From: a virus
Lineage: Duplodnaviria > Caudoviricetes
Direction: 5' to 3' (one strand)
DNA length: 64,000 nt
IMG/VR virus record: IMGVR_UViG_3300015244_001400
Location: 1 to 64,000 of that record
Shown: in pieces, positions 61,655 to 64,000 of the stretch
Layout of the letters: every line of letters begins with the position of its first letter
How positions within the stretch are numbered: position 1 is the first letter of the stretch
Made by a program: the position numbers and the translations under genes
The notes under the pieces: generated by a model
The model's database searches: none
The model's input: the letters and a program-made list of their open reading frames with translations, nothing else
Told to the model about the DNA's origin: nothing

Positions 61655-64000
61655 ATGTTTCCACCAAAAAAAAATCTAAGCAAATTTGCTCAAGCAAAAC
61701 AAGAGTTACAACAAGGAGATGAAGGTATTGCTGCTGGAGCAGGAACTGAAACAGGTGTAGGACTAAGTTTTGAAGAGTTAAGATCTCAAAGTACTTCTCA
61801 AAATAATGTTAGTACTCAGTTGCTTTCTACTTTTGTAGATAAAGGAGAAAGAGATAAGATTGAGTACGAAAATTCTCAGGCTAGAAAAGAAATGGAAAGA
61901 CTTGCTAAAGAGCAAGCTGTACAAAAAGACAGAGTCTATTCTAAAGTTGCTGAAAAAAATGGTATAGATAAAGCTATAGGCTTAATGGATACAGCTTCAA
62001 AACTTAGAGAGTTAGAAGAAAAAGATTTTTTTACTTCTTACTCTAAATATGCAGATGACTTTATCAGTTCAAAAGGTATAAATGTTGCAAAACCACTAAT
62101 AGCTGTTGGAGGTTTTATTGCTCATGCTTACAATGATATGTTCAATGATACTAGATTAGGTCTTACTAAAGCAGAACAAAAAGAGTATGATAATCTTTCT
62201 AGTCAACAAAGAAAAGAATTACAACCTGCTTTAACAGAACTTAAGACTCAATATGAACAAGAGTTAAAAAAAGCTGAAGCAAGAAGAAAACAAGCTGTGG
62301 TAGCTAATACTAAATCTGCTGACTATATAAAATGGCAAAATGATCAAGCAAAGGCTTTAAGAAAAGATTTAGTTTCTGGTCCTGGGCCTTCTAAAGATGA
62401 GCTTCTTGCTACTAGAACTGCTATAAAGTATGAAGATTTAATTGCTCAGATTGATGATTATGCTTCAGGTAATGCTGGTTTTTGGGATGGATTTGGTTCT
62501 CAGAAAAAAGATGTTCTCACACTGGGTTTATACAGTATGGGAGATGCTCTAACTGTTGCTGATATTAAAGATAAGGCAGACAGAATCTACAAGGAAAAAG
62601 CTCTTAATAGTAAAAACATAAACTACAGACCTAAAGAAAGTCTAACAGAAAATGAACAATCTTTATTAGAAGCTGAAGGTCATGTTCAAGAATTGTCTGC
62701 TAAAAATTTATTTGAAAACAAATTAGGTTATACTTGGGGAACAGGTGTAGCTCAATCTACTGTTTTTATGGAAGCTACTTTACTTACAGGAGGTTTTGGA
62801 GGAGCTGTAGAATCCACAGTAGCTAATGCTATTGTAAAAGAATCTGCTAAAGCTACTTTAAGACAAGCTTGGAAACAAGGGGGAACTAAATTATTATTAT
62901 CTAACTTAGGTGCTAAATCTGTTGGAGGTCTTGCTAATGTAGGAGTGACTTCTTTATTGGCACCAGGTACTTACACTATGGCTGCTAAAGCTAAAACAGG
63001 TAATATGGAATTTATTACTGATGAAAATGGTAAACAAAAACTTTTAGTAGGGCAAGAAAGATATGATCATTATAAGAAAGATTTTAGTAAAAAATCAGAC
63101 CTTATAAAATATGATATTGATGAATTAGAGAAAAAAGAAAAAAGATCTGACAAAGAAGAAGAAAGATTAGAAGGTCTTAAATCAAGTTTACAGAATATTA
63201 CTGATGAATTTGACACTTTGTATAAACCAAACAATTGGGGAGAGTCTTTATGGTATGGGTATAGTGAGACAGTAAAGGAAAACTTTTCTGAGAAATATGT
63301 AGGGGCTGCTTTACCAGGTCTTTCTAACAATATGCTAATGAGAAACTTAGCTAAAACACAAATAGGAGGCAAAATTGCTAAAGGAATTACAGCTACTACT
63401 AATGATTTTGCTCAGAGTAGTTTAGGTAAAACTTTAAGTGCTCCTATCAAAGGGTACAACTACACTAGAAATCTTGTAAACAACTTGTCTTTAGGAAAGC
63501 TTTCAGGTAATGCTGTTGCTCATACAGGTAAGGCTAGTTTAATTCATAGTCTTCCTGGGGAGATTGCTGAAGAGATTTGGAACCAATTCATGCCTACTTA
63601 TAAACAAGACTATGCAGAACAATTAGAAACTCTGAAAGATAGTTCTTTCTATAGAGATACTATTGCTCAAACTTTAATTCAAGGGGTTGCTTTTGGAGGA
63701 ATTGGTATGGTAGGTAGAGGAAGAAACTACATGAATGATAAAGCTAGATTAAGAGAAATGTACAAAGCTCTTGATGCTTCTATCACAGATGATGATGTTG
63801 CTAATAACATTCTTATGAATACTGGAGGAACTATCTATAGCCCTTTAGATTATGACCATAAGATTATGCAATTAAGAAAAGAAAACACTACAGATTCTCA
63901 TACTAAAGCTGATAGACTTGAACAAAACAAGTTTACTAATTTAGCTGCTATGGCAATTAGAACAGGTACTGTAGATTCTTTTAAAAAGAATCTAGAGTCT
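61655..64000 (+). CDS. Very large putative ejection/cargo protein 3, truncated by the window end (at least 782 aa)
   Basis: Not in the ORF track. ATG at 61655 (MFPPKKNLSKFAQAKQ...); start and end (...DSFKKNLES) are in the same frame and I saw no stop, though I did not check every codon. Confidence 0.8.
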   Translation, partial: MFPPKKNLSKFAQAKQELQQGDEGIAAGAGTETGVGLSFEELRSQSTSQNNVSTQLLSTFVDKGERDKIEYENSQARKEMERLAKEQAVQKDRVYSKVAEKNGIDKAIGLMDTASKLRELEEKDFFTSYSKYADDFISSKGINVAKPLIAVGGFIAHAYNDMFNDTRLGLTKAEQKEYDNLSSQQRKELQPALTELKTQYEQELKKAEARRKQAVVANTKSADYIKWQNDQAKALRKDLVSGPGPSKDELLATRTAIKYEDLIAQIDDYASGNAGFWDGFGSQKKDVLTLGLYSMGDALTVADIKDKADRIYKEKALNSKNINYRPKESLTENEQSLLEAEGHVQELSAKNLFENKLGYTWGTGVAQSTVFMEATLLTGGFGGAVESTVANAIVKESAKATLRQAWKQGGTKLLLSNLGAKSVGGLANVGVTSLLAPGTYTMAAKAKTGNMEFITDENGKQKLLVGQERYDHYKKDFSKKSDLIKYDIDELEKKEKRSDKEEERLEGLKSSLQNITDEFDTLYKPNNWGESLWYGYSETVKENFSEKYVGAALPGLSNNMLMRNLAKTQIGGKIAKGITATTNDFAQSSLGKTLSAPIKGYNYTRNLVNNLSLGKLSGNAVAHTGKASLIHSLPGEIAEEIWNQFMPTYKQDYAEQLETLKDSSFYRDTIAQTLIQGVAFGGIGMVGRGRNYMNDKARLREMYKALDASITDDDVANNILMNTGGTIYSPLDYDHKIMQLRKENTTDSHTKADRLEQNKFTNLAAMAIRTGTVDSFKKNLES

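Noticed and set aside
747-63372. Short ORF-track entries lying antisense to, or out of frame within, long genes (e.g. 747, 4045, 7219, 7427, 12198, 12763, 13153, 15208, 15623, 18398, 21169, 28903, 30810, 33331, 40077, 40969, 44409, 45638, 46726, 47213, 48895, 52286, 53315, 59028, 60713, 63070)
   Set aside because: They overlap well-supported genes almost entirely, have no recognisable motifs, and are the shadow ORFs expected from biased codon use
1-64000. Stop-codon reassignment, as in some crAss-like phages
   Set aside because: Long uninterrupted ORFs tile both arms under code 11, all three stop codons end genes, and no suppressor tRNA was seen

Overview
A 64-kb segment of an AT-rich (roughly 30-33% GC by eye) lytic podovirus-type phage genome of the crAss-like/Bacteroidota-phage type, in standard genetic code 11, with two divergent arms. 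The minus-strand arm (1-20450) holds small early genes, each with its own 28-bp phage-type promoter and terminator, then a tmRNA with an exceptionally long 44-codon tag, then a replication module (Dda/RecD-like helicase, family-A DNA polymerase, SF2 helicase, DnaB, AAA ATPase, primase, catalytically eroded UDG), and finally a four-gene ubiquitin-like conjugation cassette (Ubl precursor, E2-like, JAB peptidase, E1/ThiF). The plus-strand arm (20580-64000) holds a GH108 endolysin, terminase, portal, scaffold, major capsid protein, tail and fibre genes, a holin and three large ejection/cargo-type proteins (the last truncated by the window edge). The most striking feature lies inside the virion module at 35067-38837: two proteins with long mucin-like Thr/Ser tracts, a small nucleotidyltransferase, and a glycosyltransferase whose motifs resemble plant peptide O-glycosyltransferases (HPAT/SGT1). 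I read this as a candidate phage-encoded virion O-glycosylation ('phage mucin') system. CpG dinucleotides are strongly depleted throughout. All functional calls come from motif recognition by eye; no database searches were run.
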